Shown here piece by piece: positions 15,332 to 23,526 of a DNA stretch of 24,077 nt. The DNA is from a virus (Duplodnaviria; Caudoviricetes): positions 1 through 24,077 of the IMG/VR virus record IMGVR_UViG_3300018089_000005; one strand, given 5' to 3'. Numbering within the stretch: position 1 is the first letter of the stretch; each line of letters opens with the position of its first letter. A model generated the notes under the pieces. It saw only the letters and a program-made list of their open reading frames with translations. It ran no database searches and was not told the DNA's origin. Made by a program: the position numbers and the translations under genes.

Positions 15332-17643
15332 TGATAACTCCTGACCAAAGGGAGCACGGATTATATCCTGAGTCACCGCTTGAGCATGCGTTGCGATACG
15401 CGGATCTCGGCTGGCGCGTTTTGCCATGCTACTGGGTGGATGCAGGCGTTTGCTCCTGTAGCGCGGGGCGGGATTGCAAAAGCCCGGGCAAACATCCGCT
15501 CCTGCCTACCGGGCTGCATGCCGCCAGCTCGGAAGCCTTTACCCTACGTGCGTGGTGGGCGCTGTGGCCTAAAGCCAACATCGCCATCGCTACCGGCGCG
15601 GCGTCGGGGGTTTGGGCCGTGGACATCGACCCGCGCAAGGGCGGAGACGATACCTGGGATATTCGGCTGACAACGCATGGCGGCATCCCAAACACCATTA
15701 TGCAGATATCGGGAGGAGGGGGTGCGCACTACCTGTTCCGGGCGCAGCCCGGCCGTACCGTCACGTGCGGCGTTGACCGGCTCGGCCCAGGCGTTGACAT
15801 CAAAGGCGATGGCGGCTATCTCATGGTCGCGCCGTCGTCGCATGTCCAAGACCCATACTGCTGGGACGGCTCCTCAAGCCCGCTAGACGGCGTAGCGGCG
15901 GCGGACGCCCCAGAGTGGCTGTACGGGCTAATCGAGGCTCCTGCTTCGTCTCAGGGCTCGTGCGGGGCATCTGCGCCGCTGGATGACGCTCTGCTGCGCG
16001 ACATCCTGTCCGCGATCCACTACATCCCATGCGAGGAGCGTGATATGTGGCTCAAGGTCGGGATGGCGCTGCACTCAAGCGGCGCGGGACAGCAGGCGTA
16101 TGGCATCTGGTGCGAGTGGTCCAGGCAATCTGACAAGTTCGATCCCAAGGATCAGCAGAGGACGTGGAACAGCTTTAAAGACAAGGGGCTTGCCGGTGCT
16201 GGCGTCAATACCATCTTCCACTTGGCGCAAGAGTGCGGCTGGCTCAACACGGCGAAGCGGGCGCAGCCCACGCAGCCCGACACGATGATCGAAGTACGCG
16301 CGGCGCCAAGTCCGCAATCCGTCGCACATGATGTTCCCACCATTCCGCAAGGATTCATCGCTGATTTATTTGGTTTTATCGAGTCGATTACGGCCAGGTC
16401 ATTGCCGCGCGGTAATCTCATCGCCGCCATCTCTGGGATTGGCACTCTCTTAAATTGGCGATTCGCCACGGATACGGGGCTGCGCTCCAATGGTTATTAC
16501 ATCACGCTCGCGCCTACCTCGGCTGGCAAGGAGGCGGCACGTGACGCGATCAAGCTTGTGTATCAAGCGCTTGATTGCACGCAGTTTCTAGCGGAACAGG
16601 TCAAGTCTGGTATAGGACTGCACTCAGCAGTATCGCGGCGTGATGGCGTGGTGCTGTTTCTGTGGGACGAGATTGGCCTGACGCTGGGAGGCATCAACGG
16701 CTCTCATGCTGGATTTCACCAACGGGAGATTATGCAACATTTACTCACGCTGCATGGCGCAAGCAAGTCGTTTATCCATGGACCGGAAGCAGCCAATGCC
16801 GAGTTGAATCCCGCACTCGATATCGATCACCCGCATGTCTCGTTGTACGGCACTAGCACGGAAGACGCATTTTGGCCCGCGCTACGCCATGAGCATGTCA
16901 CCAACGGACTGCTTAACCGTTTCCTGATTGCTATCGAGCCTAAGCGGAATCCGCCTAAAAATCCTGCGTATCTCGATGTGCCTGAATCTCTGAAGGAATG
17001 GAAGCAAGCGCTTGAACGGCGCATTGCAGAGGACCCAAGGCCGCCAAGAGGAAATGTGACGAAAGATAAAGCTTATCCTATCGTGATCCCTCACTCCCGC
17101 GAAGCGACAGCGCTGTTGGAAGAGTTCCGGGCATTGATAGAGACGCGCCTGGATGATAGATACGGCAGCCTGTGGGGCCGCTCATGGGAGAAGGCATCCA
17201 AGGTATCTCTCAATTACGAGCTGTCGCGTAATCCGTTCGCGGAAGAGATTGGAGCAGACGCTACGGAATGGGCCGTGCAATACGTGACGCATAGCGAGAG
17301 ATCCACCATCAAGTGTATCTCCGGGCACGTTGCCGACAATGACTTTCAGTCGGATCTCAAGTCCGTGCAACGTGTGTTCCAGGATGCTGGCGACAGGGGG
17401 ATTACCAGCAGCGAGATGATGCGCGATCCAGTCTTTACCCGGCTCAAGGCGATTGCCATCAAGGACATCATGCCACGACTTGTGGCAGGCAAACAGATTC
17501 AGTACGGCCGTATCACATCTGTCGCTACCCGTAATCGCTATGCCTGGGTATGGAGAGGAGATCAGGGAGAGCACTGGTCAGAGGAGATTCAGGATCAGAC
17601 ACAGAACGAGCTGGTAGCGCTCAAAAAGCGATTGGATGGATAA
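15328..17643 (+). CDS. Replication protein: Prim-Pol plus PriCT-2 plus DUF3987-type P-loop helicase plus C-terminal winged helix
   Basis: AL.YA..GW.V.PC...CSC...C.SPGKHP, NIAIATG, VDIDPR.GG, G.HY.F, G.D.KG.GGY....PS.H; W..VGMAL...W..WS..S.KF...W.SF; APTSAGKE, LWDEIG, NGLLNRF. Confidence 0.92.
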   Translation: MMITPDQREHGLYPESPLEHALRYADLGWRVLPCYWVDAGVCSCSAGRDCKSPGKHPLLPTGLHAASSEAFTLRAWWALWPKANIAIATGAASGVWAVDIDPRKGGDDTWDIRLTTHGGIPNTIMQISGGGGAHYLFRAQPGRTVTCGVDRLGPGVDIKGDGGYLMVAPSSHVQDPYCWDGSSSPLDGVAAADAPEWLYGLIEAPASSQGSCGASAPLDDALLRDILSAIHYIPCEERDMWLKVGMALHSSGAGQQAYGIWCEWSRQSDKFDPKDQQRTWNSFKDKGLAGAGVNTIFHLAQECGWLNTAKRAQPTQPDTMIEVRAAPSPQSVAHDVPTIPQGFIADLFGFIESITARSLPRGNLIAAISGIGTLLNWRFATDTGLRSNGYYITLAPTSAGKEAARDAIKLVYQALDCTQFLAEQVKSGIGLHSAVSRRDGVVLFLWDEIGLTLGGINGSHAGFHQREIMQHLLTLHGASKSFIHGPEAANAELNPALDIDHPHVSLYGTSTEDAFWPALRHEHVTNGLLNRFLIAIEPKRNPPKNPAYLDVPESLKEWKQALERRIAEDPRPPRGNVTKDKAYPIVIPHSREATALLEEFRALIETRLDDRYGSLWGRSWEKASKVSLNYELSRNPFAEEIGADATEWAVQYVTHSERSTIKCISGHVADNDFQSDLKSVQRVFQDAGDRGITSSEMMRDPVFTRLKAIAIKDIMPRLVAGKQIQYGRITSVATRNRYAWVWRGDQGEHWSEEIQDQTQNELVALKKRLDG

Positions 17644-17819
17644 GTGAAATTTATGGATTTGAGATGCGCATCAATACTGCTTATGTTGCAGCGCATTGAT
17701 GCACTGCAACCAGAGTTACTCCCTGAACGGTCTGTGCATGATGCACTGCAACAAACCTAAGCGCCACATAGAGGACGATTTTCACTTTTAACTTTGCGTA
17801 GGAGGACAATGCTGTTTTC

Positions 17820-18065
17820 TTTAACTTGACGTGCGTAACTAATTGAATTTATGGATAGAAATTTTAACTCTCGGAACCTTGATACTTGATACTTTGCGTC
17901 AAGCTCTCAATATATATCTATATACATATTATCTATATGAGAATCATTATCATTGAATACCTATGTATAAGTTAGATAAGTTAGATAAGTTAGATAATAT
18001 ATATCATATATATGTATATATATCTATATATATCAATATCTTATGTATATATCTAACTTTGCTTT
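17820..18065. repeat. Candidate phage replication origin (AT-rich region with iteron-like repeats)
   Basis: Very AT-rich with (TA)n tracts. ATAAGTTAG x3 at 17967-17993, inverted copy TATCTAACTT at ~18050-18059, CTTGATA x2 at ~17878-17891. Directly downstream of the primase/helicase. Confidence 0.65.
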
Positions 18066-18112
18066 AGAGTTGTTCTAAGTATGTTCCAAGTTGCAGAGTT
18101 AGGAGGAATATC

Positions 18113-19006
18113 TTGAAGAAGCATGATCAAACACAGACTGGCTCTCCATACGTTGGAGTAGTGGTCAGGGTAGAGCTAGGAACCAATGCACAAGGTCTCA
18201 TGCTGGATGTTAGCGTCGCCATCCATGACTGCTGTGGAGACAGAGCGCTACTGCCTATGTACATCCAGATAGGAAGGGACCCTGGAGAAGCGCAAAGATT
18301 TTACAATGCGACAGGAAAGTATGGGGTAGAACATTTAGATGATTTCTTCGGAACGAAATTGTTGGTTTTCATAGAGCAGTACGATGGAGCATTGAGAATT
18401 ACTGCGTTTGACAAGGCGGCTAAGGATGCGATGAATATTCTGCCGTTGCCAACCCAGGTCCATTCTAAAAGCCAAACCGCGAGACAGGAGAGCGATGCTC
18501 AAGCGGATACGGAATTTGATGCCATTCTCGCAAAGGTGCTGGAGCTCATACGAAGCACTGGTAGGGACGGCATCACGGATCGCAAGCTGAATCGATATTT
18601 CAGGCAGCCTAATTTTCTGAACATGTTTAGCGGCGACTCAGTGCTTGCCAGGCTAGAGGCCTACGGGCACATAGCGATGTTCCCGGATCCGGCAGAAGGT
18701 CTCTTTAGCGTGGTATGGATAGCGGCAGAACATCTTGGAACAGTGGCTTACGAGCAGGTGATGGCGTTCGTTCACAAGCGCTACCGACTTGTGTCGAATC
18801 AATCGATTGCCAAGTATTGCCCGGCGTATAGGGTGTTGAATCCGGCCAGCCGAAAGGAGGTGTTGAAGGCATTATCAGACAACCAAGTGATTGCGCGCCG
18901 AGAGATTGCAATGGCGCGTGGTAGAAGCAAATGGGCATGGATTGCAATACAGGAATCTCCCAAAGGATCGGAAGCGTGTAAGCGTGCTGGTCTTTGGGGT
19001 AAATAG
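18113..19006 (+). CDS. DUF669-like OB-fold plus two winged-helix domains
   Basis: AGGAGG plus TTG. N-terminus aligns by eye with the SSB at 10436. Two repeats resemble the primase C-terminus. Confidence 0.7.
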   Translation: MKKHDQTQTGSPYVGVVVRVELGTNAQGLMLDVSVAIHDCCGDRALLPMYIQIGRDPGEAQRFYNATGKYGVEHLDDFFGTKLLVFIEQYDGALRITAFDKAAKDAMNILPLPTQVHSKSQTARQESDAQADTEFDAILAKVLELIRSTGRDGITDRKLNRYFRQPNFLNMFSGDSVLARLEAYGHIAMFPDPAEGLFSVVWIAAEHLGTVAYEQVMAFVHKRYRLVSNQSIAKYCPAYRVLNPASRKEVLKALSDNQVIARREIAMARGRSKWAWIAIQESPKGSEACKRAGLWGK

Positions 19007-19025
19007 AGAGAGAGGTAATCGAATT

Positions 19026-19283
19026 ATGACTAACCCAGCTAAGTTTGATGCCATCGCCAGGCAAGTGCTGAACGTTATCCGTGATCGTGGAGATAACGGC
19101 GCAACGGAACGAGAGCTGGAAGTGTATTGCCAAGAGTACCGGACGCTTGACCCCAGCGGGCGGATGGCAGTGATGAGAGCACTGTGGAGAGACGGCTGGG
19201 TGGAGCAGGAGATGATCAAATCCGCTCTCGAGCCGATGAAAACATGGTTTGCTGTTAGCGCAGATGATGTCACATCCCTGTAA
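19026..19283 (+). CDS. Stand-alone winged-helix protein (paralog of primase C-terminus)
   Basis: GAGG plus ATG 19026. FDAIARQVLNVIRDRGDNGATERELEVYC...W. Confidence 0.72.
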   Translation: MTNPAKFDAIARQVLNVIRDRGDNGATERELEVYCQEYRTLDPSGRMAVMRALWRDGWVEQEMIKSALEPMKTWFAVSADDVTSL

Positions 19284-19301
19284 TCCTACAGGGCCGTCAC
19301 A

Positions 19302-19610
19302 GTGAGAGGTTATAGAGTCGTGAGAGAAGCAAGTTCATATCAGGATACAGTCGCAGAGCAGGAGGCAGAGTTCGCAGTTATCACCCAGCGCGTGCTGGCG
19401 TTCATCCGGCGCCAAGGTGAGCTCGGAGTAACGAACCGCGAGTTTGAAAGGCATTGCCGGACGTATCGTATGCCGGCCTTGTTTGGATGCGATGCGGTGT
19501 TGGCGAAGCTCGCGGCGAGCGGGTGCATCGTGCAGAAGGCGATCTTGAATAGTAACAGGCCCAGGGTAGCCTGGGTGGCAGGCACAACCGACGGAGATGT
19601 GAAACCATGA
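19302..19610 (+). CDS. Stand-alone winged-helix protein (paralog)
   Basis: EFAVITQRVLAFIRRQGELGVTNREFERHC...AWVA. ATGA-coupled to the next gene. Confidence 0.72.
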   Translation: MRGYRVVREASSYQDTVAEQEAEFAVITQRVLAFIRRQGELGVTNREFERHCRTYRMPALFGCDAVLAKLAASGCIVQKAILNSNRPRVAWVAGTTDGDVKP

Positions 19611-20065
19611 ACAAATCTGATTTTATCGCGCAAGCCCCGAAAGCCGCTATCAAAGCGGGCGCATTGCTGGGTGTCGATCCACTCATCATCGTGGCGCAGG
19701 CGGCCCTGGAGTCAGGATGGGGAGAGCACACGCCAAAGCCCGATAGTGGGCACGGCGAGAGCTACAACTTTTATGGTATTAAAGCCGATAATGGCTGGCG
19801 CGGGCCTACATCTGGTGGGCATTGGACCACTATCCAGGGCAAGTTCCGAGCCTACTCCTCCTTGGAGGCCGGATTTGTTGGATATTCTGAGTTTATTCAC
19901 GATAATCCCAGATATCGCCATGCGCTCGCGGTGGCGGGAGATCCAGAGGCGTATCTCAAGGCGCTGCAACAGGCCGGGTACGCAACCGATCCCGACTACG
20001 CGGCCAAGGTGTTGGCCGTCTGGCGCAAGTTGTCTCAGCATGTGGAGGGCGAAGCTCATGGGTAA
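19607..20065 (+). CDS. GH73 glucosaminidase/muramidase (FlgJ-like)
   Basis: AQAALESGWG, NFYGIKA..GW.G, FRAYSS, NPRY, LQ.AGYATDP.YA.K. Confidence 0.92.
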   Translation: MNKSDFIAQAPKAAIKAGALLGVDPLIIVAQAALESGWGEHTPKPDSGHGESYNFYGIKADNGWRGPTSGGHWTTIQGKFRAYSSLEAGFVGYSEFIHDNPRYRHALAVAGDPEAYLKALQQAGYATDPDYAAKVLAVWRKLSQHVEGEAHG

Positions 20066-20186
20066 GGCAGGGCGTGAGGCGTTCGTAGAGGCACGATTGC
20101 ATGTTAGGAGCGGCCCAGATATGACTGAGGAATATGCGCGCCTCTCAAATCGTCTCATGGCGTGGAGGGTATCATTTCATGGGTAA
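20058..20186 (+). CDS. 42-aa hypothetical protein
   Basis: GGAGGG RBS, MGKAGREAFVE...SFHG*. Fills the gap with overlaps on both sides. Confidence 0.5.
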   Translation: MGKAGREAFVEARLHVRSGPDMTEEYARLSNRLMAWRVSFHG

Positions 20187-20568
20187 GGCGCAGCGTGCGA
20201 AGGGTGCATCAGCCGAGCGTGAACTGGCCGCCCTGTTGAGTGACAGGCTGGGTACACAGGTTAAGCGCCGGCTAGGAGCGGCGCGCGACGGCGGGCACGA
20301 TATCGACGGCGGAATCATGCTGGATGGTGTGGCCTTAGAGGTTAAGCGGCAGGAGAAACCTTCCTTGGGCCTGTGGTGGTCTCAGGCGTGCGATCAGGCT
20401 GTGAGGGCGGCCAAGGTACCAGTCTTGGCTTATCGTGCCTCACGGTGCGCATGGCGCTTCCAGGTTCCGCTGGGCTGGGTGCATGCCGGATTTGATGTCG
20501 CCAATGTCGATATGGTGGTGACTATGGGGCTGGAGGAGTTCTGCGCGGTAGTGAGAGAACGGATGTAA
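20179..20568 (+). CDS. PD-(D/E)XK Holliday-junction-resolvase-like nuclease
   Basis: QRAKGASAERELA.LL...GG.DI...LEVKRQE.....WW.QA...PVLAYR....W. GGAGGG RBS before ATG 20179. Confidence 0.85.
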   Translation: MGKAQRAKGASAERELAALLSDRLGTQVKRRLGAARDGGHDIDGGIMLDGVALEVKRQEKPSLGLWWSQACDQAVRAAKVPVLAYRASRCAWRFQVPLGWVHAGFDVANVDMVVTMGLEEFCAVVRERM

Positions 20569-20921
20569 ACCAACCCCTCACTAAAGTGAGAGGCTTTGCC
20601 AATGGAGCAAATCGCTATGCGATATGCAACTGACATTAGGGATGTTTACAGGCAGATAGGCGTCACGCCGCGTCGCCAGGGGACGTATTTCCATGTCTCC
20701 CAATACCCCTTGCTGGATCGTGCCGAGAGCGCGCCTTCCAGTGGGCGAGCACAGAGACGCTTCGGCTTGCGCCAGCAACCCTCCGTTATTTGTTTCTGTC
20801 CGGCCAGCGGACTGGACATCGACGCAGGGCACGCGCGCCATTTCTATATTTTATCAAAAAACAGGAGGAATTGCGCTCCTCCCCGCCCTGAAGGGTTGGG
20901 TTTCCGCGCAATAAATTGAAG
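20565..20921 (-). mobile_element. Miniature non-autonomous IS200/IS605-type element 1 (357 bp, no tnpA/tnpB)
   Basis: Minus-strand right end AAAG-CCTCTCAC TTTA GTGAGGGG-TTGGTTTAC. Left end TTCAT|N12-GCGCG-GAAA-hairpin. Ends are homologous to 22290-22506. Removal restores an ATGA stop/start overlap. Confidence 0.8.
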
Positions 20922-21185
20922 ATGAACAAGGTTGATCTGAATCTGCTGAAAATCACAGTTCTGACTGAGGTTGCCCAAGTGGTGGACTCTGACGAGCGCT
21001 ATCGCATCCTGGACGCGATGATCATCGCGCTGGATTATCCTGACTCGTGGTGGATTAAGAGGCAGGACATGATATTGAAAAACTGGATTGTTACTCTGCG
21101 AGCAGTGCGTAATCCCGACATGATGCAGCCACAGTCAGACGCAGAGCAGAACGCTGTACTGCATCTTCAGGAGAATCATCGATGA
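20922..21185 (+). CDS. Hypothetical protein
   Basis: ATG at the element boundary. ATGA-coupled to dUTPase. Confidence 0.65.
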   Translation: MNKVDLNLLKITVLTEVAQVVDSDERYRILDAMIIALDYPDSWWIKRQDMILKNWIVTLRAVRNPDMMQPQSDAEQNAVLHLQENHR

Positions 21186-21622
21186 CAGACCAGATACAGG
21201 TAGCGAGGGTAGTAGGGGGAGAGGATCTGCCGCTGCCGCATAAATCGCATCCCGAGGATGCTGGGTTTGATCTGCGCGCGGCTCATGCCGACGTGCTTGC
21301 GCCGGGCGTGGGATGCGTAATGGGGACCGGGTTCTCCTGGCGCATCCCACACGGATGGTACGGCAAGATCGAAGGTCGGTCAGGTATGGCAGCAGCAGGA
21401 GTTATTCCTGTGGGCGGAGTGATAGATAGCGGTTATCAGGGCGAGGTCCAGGTGATCCTGCTTAATCTCGGCGAAGATGTGCACGTCGTGCACCGGGGAG
21501 ATCGGATTGCGCAGATGGTGGTATTACCTATTCACCAGGCAACTGAGGTTGCCTTGGCGGAAGGTAATGGCGCGACATCGTCTCGCGGAGAGGGCAGCTT
21601 TGGCTCCACGGGGGCCAATTAG
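21182..21622 (+). CDS. dut: Trimeric dUTPase
   Basis: Motifs AGFDL, GRSG, GVIDSGYQGE, GDRIAQ, RGEGSFGSTG. Confidence 0.96.
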   Translation: MTDQIQVARVVGGEDLPLPHKSHPEDAGFDLRAAHADVLAPGVGCVMGTGFSWRIPHGWYGKIEGRSGMAAAGVIPVGGVIDSGYQGEVQVILLNLGEDVHVVHRGDRIAQMVVLPIHQATEVALAEGNGATSSRGEGSFGSTGAN

Positions 21623-21676
21623 GGCTATTTTGGGAATCGGTTGCTTGAGCTTGCAAGCTGGCACCGATAGGACAAC

Positions 21677-22135
21677 GTGTGGTTAGTTAAGGAGGCATTT
21701 GTGATTATCGGGTATATCCATTATCGCTGTATGGCATGGTCCGCTCAGGGACAACGTGACAAGGACGGAGGCACGGGTTATCCGCGCCAGAGTATCTATT
21801 GCCGGGCCTATGATCCTGGACATGTATGGGACGAGTCGAATCCGCACGCCATACCGCTGCTCATTGAGGTGGAGTGGTGGGAGATGGAGAGCGCTATACA
21901 GTCTCTCCCTGATCATCTGCGAGCCGTGGTGCGTGTGATGTACCTACAGCATGACACTGTGACTGCAAAGGCAAAGCAATTGCATATTTGTAGAGGCACG
22001 TTGTTTAACCGGCTGGGTGCGGCGCATGCCCAGATTATGGATTATTTGCTGGATCACTCGACCAAAACGCCTAAGCAGGCGAAGGAGCCTGTTGTATGGA
22101 GGTTGCAAAGCTCTGAGCACAAGATGACAACGTAG
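21677..22135 (+). CDS. Q-like antiterminator / sigma-region-4-type late regulator
   Basis: W...G.GYP...AI.SLP.HLR.VV...YL......KA..L.I.R.TLF.RL..AH. Last gene of the right early operon. True start may be GTG 21701 (AAGGAGG upstream). Confidence 0.7.
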   Translation: MWLVKEAFVIIGYIHYRCMAWSAQGQRDKDGGTGYPRQSIYCRAYDPGHVWDESNPHAIPLLIEVEWWEMESAIQSLPDHLRAVVRVMYLQHDTVTAKAKQLHICRGTLFNRLGAAHAQIMDYLLDHSTKTPKQAKEPVVWRLQSSEHKMTT

Positions 22136-22145
22136 GCGTAGTACA

Positions 22146-22180
22146 AGCGCAGTACAGAACTAGCGATCCTGTACTGCGCT
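22146..22180. terminator. 12-bp stem-loop after Q-like gene
   Basis: AGCGCAGTACAG-N11-CTGTACTGCGCT. No strong U tract. Confidence 0.45.
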
Positions 22181-22200
22181 AAATTATTGTTCTAAAGCTA

Positions 22201-22229
22201 TTGACATGCTTATAAGATGAGCATATTTT
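22201..22229 (+). promoter_or_regulatory. Putative sigma70 promoter with palindromic spacer
   Basis: TTGACA-N17-TATTTT. Inverted repeat ATGCTTAT-AAG-ATGAGCAT overlaps the spacer. Confidence 0.55.
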
Positions 22230-22289
22230 ATAGTTGTGTAGTGAGCGAGCCGGGCGCTTACCCGGCACCCCAATCTAAAGAGACCTGAG

Positions 22290-22506
22290 GTCAATAACCC
22301 CTCCCTAAAGGGAGGGGCTTGTGGATTGGAAGGCCAAAACGTTGACTAGCCTGTGGCAACCGGAAAACGCCTGACGTAACAGGTCAAGCATTCAGATTGC
22401 CGGTTCTTAACCTTTAGCGCGTGGAGATTCCACGCCGCTTAACAAACAGGAGGAATCGCGCTCCTACCCTACCTGAAGGAAGGGGTATCCGCGCGATAGA
22501 TCGACG
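22290..22506 (-). mobile_element. Miniature non-autonomous IS200/IS605-type element 2 (217 bp; HEARO/omegaRNA-like end)
   Basis: Plus strand GTCAATAACCCCTCCCTAAAGGGAGGGGCTTG...GTTGACTAGCC. Other end AGGAGGAATCGCGCTCCTACCCTACCTGAAGGAAGGGGTATCCGCGC-N12|GTGAA. Confidence 0.82.
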
Positions 22507-22851
22507 GTGAATGATACCAGGCCGAAACGGATTCAGTTAAGTCGCAAGCTTGGATGGCGCAAGCCAGCAGGCGCTATTGTAGTCTCCAGACCTAGCAGAT
22601 GGGGAAACCCGCATCCAATTGGTCGGGTATGCCCACACTGCGGAGGTTGCCCGACGCACCTTCGTGTTGAAGCATTTGAGCAGTTTCGCCTAGATATGCT
22701 GCAAAAGCGAGCTGACGATGCCATAGGATTGGCTCGATGGCTTTCCCCCCTGAAAGGCCATGACTTGGCATGCTGGTGTCCACTACCAAAGACTGGAGAG
22801 GTGGACCACTGCCATGCGTCAATATTGTTGCAAATGGCAAATAACGATTAG
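22507..22851 (+). CDS. DUF4326-family protein
   Basis: PKRIQLSR..GWRKP.GAI.VSRPSRWGNP...LKG.DLACWCP......CHA.ILL..AN. Confidence 0.88.
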   Translation: MNDTRPKRIQLSRKLGWRKPAGAIVVSRPSRWGNPHPIGRVCPHCGGCPTHLRVEAFEQFRLDMLQKRADDAIGLARWLSPLKGHDLACWCPLPKTGEVDHCHASILLQMANND

Positions 22852-22860
22852 TGATGGTAG

Positions 22861-23526
22861 ATGTCTTTGCCAATGGAGCAAATCGCTATGCGATGTGCCA
22901 GATATGTGACACTCGGAACAGGTCAGCAGATCGGTCTAGGACAGTACGTCTCGGCCATTAAGCTAGCCAAAGATAACAGAGATCATATCTTCGAGCCAGG
23001 TCTAGCAAGCGGGTGGCCGGCGACCGGAGAAGAGATTGTGCAAGAATTCCGCCGTGGCGTGCAGGATCGGATCAATTTGCGTGGCAGAATAAATGTGCGT
23101 GCTCTCAAACCTATGTCTGAGGATCGCAAATATCGGCATTTGGCGCGTACTCAGGAATGCCAATGCCGAATGTGCGGTGCTTCTATCTCGTGGAGGCCAA
23201 TGCACGGGCGGTTCTGCGATGCGTGCTGTCGCACGCGCATGCGTATAAACCCTCGCGCTACGTATCTGGACGCTTTGTTGCGCATCATCGTGCGCTTGGC
23301 TGAGGGGCCGGCCACCTCTGGAGAGCTGATGAAGGTCGCCGGCAGATCCCGCGCGACGCTGACGCGGGAGATACGGGATGCCAAGGATTTGGGAGTGGTG
23401 ATTGGGATACGTGGGCATAAGCATTATGAGATGGTCGATGCTGGGATCTTTGATCTCCCCAGGTTGCGCGAGTGGGCGGAAAGGCGCGACCAGCAGAAAG
23501 CTAATGGAGAAGAATGCTACACCTAA
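22861..23526 (+). CDS. Hypothetical phage protein with Zn-finger and C-terminal HTH (possibly a fusion)
   Basis: CRMCG...RFCDACC, then LAEGPATSGELMKVAGRSRATLTREI. A likely start is ATG 22888 behind GGAG. Confidence 0.65.
   Translation: MSLPMEQIAMRCARYVTLGTGQQIGLGQYVSAIKLAKDNRDHIFEPGLASGWPATGEEIVQEFRRGVQDRINLRGRINVRALKPMSEDRKYRHLARTQECQCRMCGASISWRPMHGRFCDACCRTRMRINPRATYLDALLRIIVRLAEGPATSGELMKVAGRSRATLTREIRDAKDLGVVIGIRGHKHYEMVDAGIFDLPRLREWAERRDQQKANGEECYT

Noticed and set aside
17967-17997. Tandem 9-mers as a CRISPR array
   Set aside because: Contiguous repeats with no spacers.
20581-20841. Minus-strand ORF as a TnpB/IscB remnant
   Set aside because: No RuvC, zinc-finger or DxNAA motif is recognisable.
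20594-22894. 30-bp repeat as a DGR template/variable pair or att core
   Set aside because: Too short, no adenine-specific mismatches and no reverse transcriptase. The enclosed genes are ordinary contiguous phage genes with no integrase.
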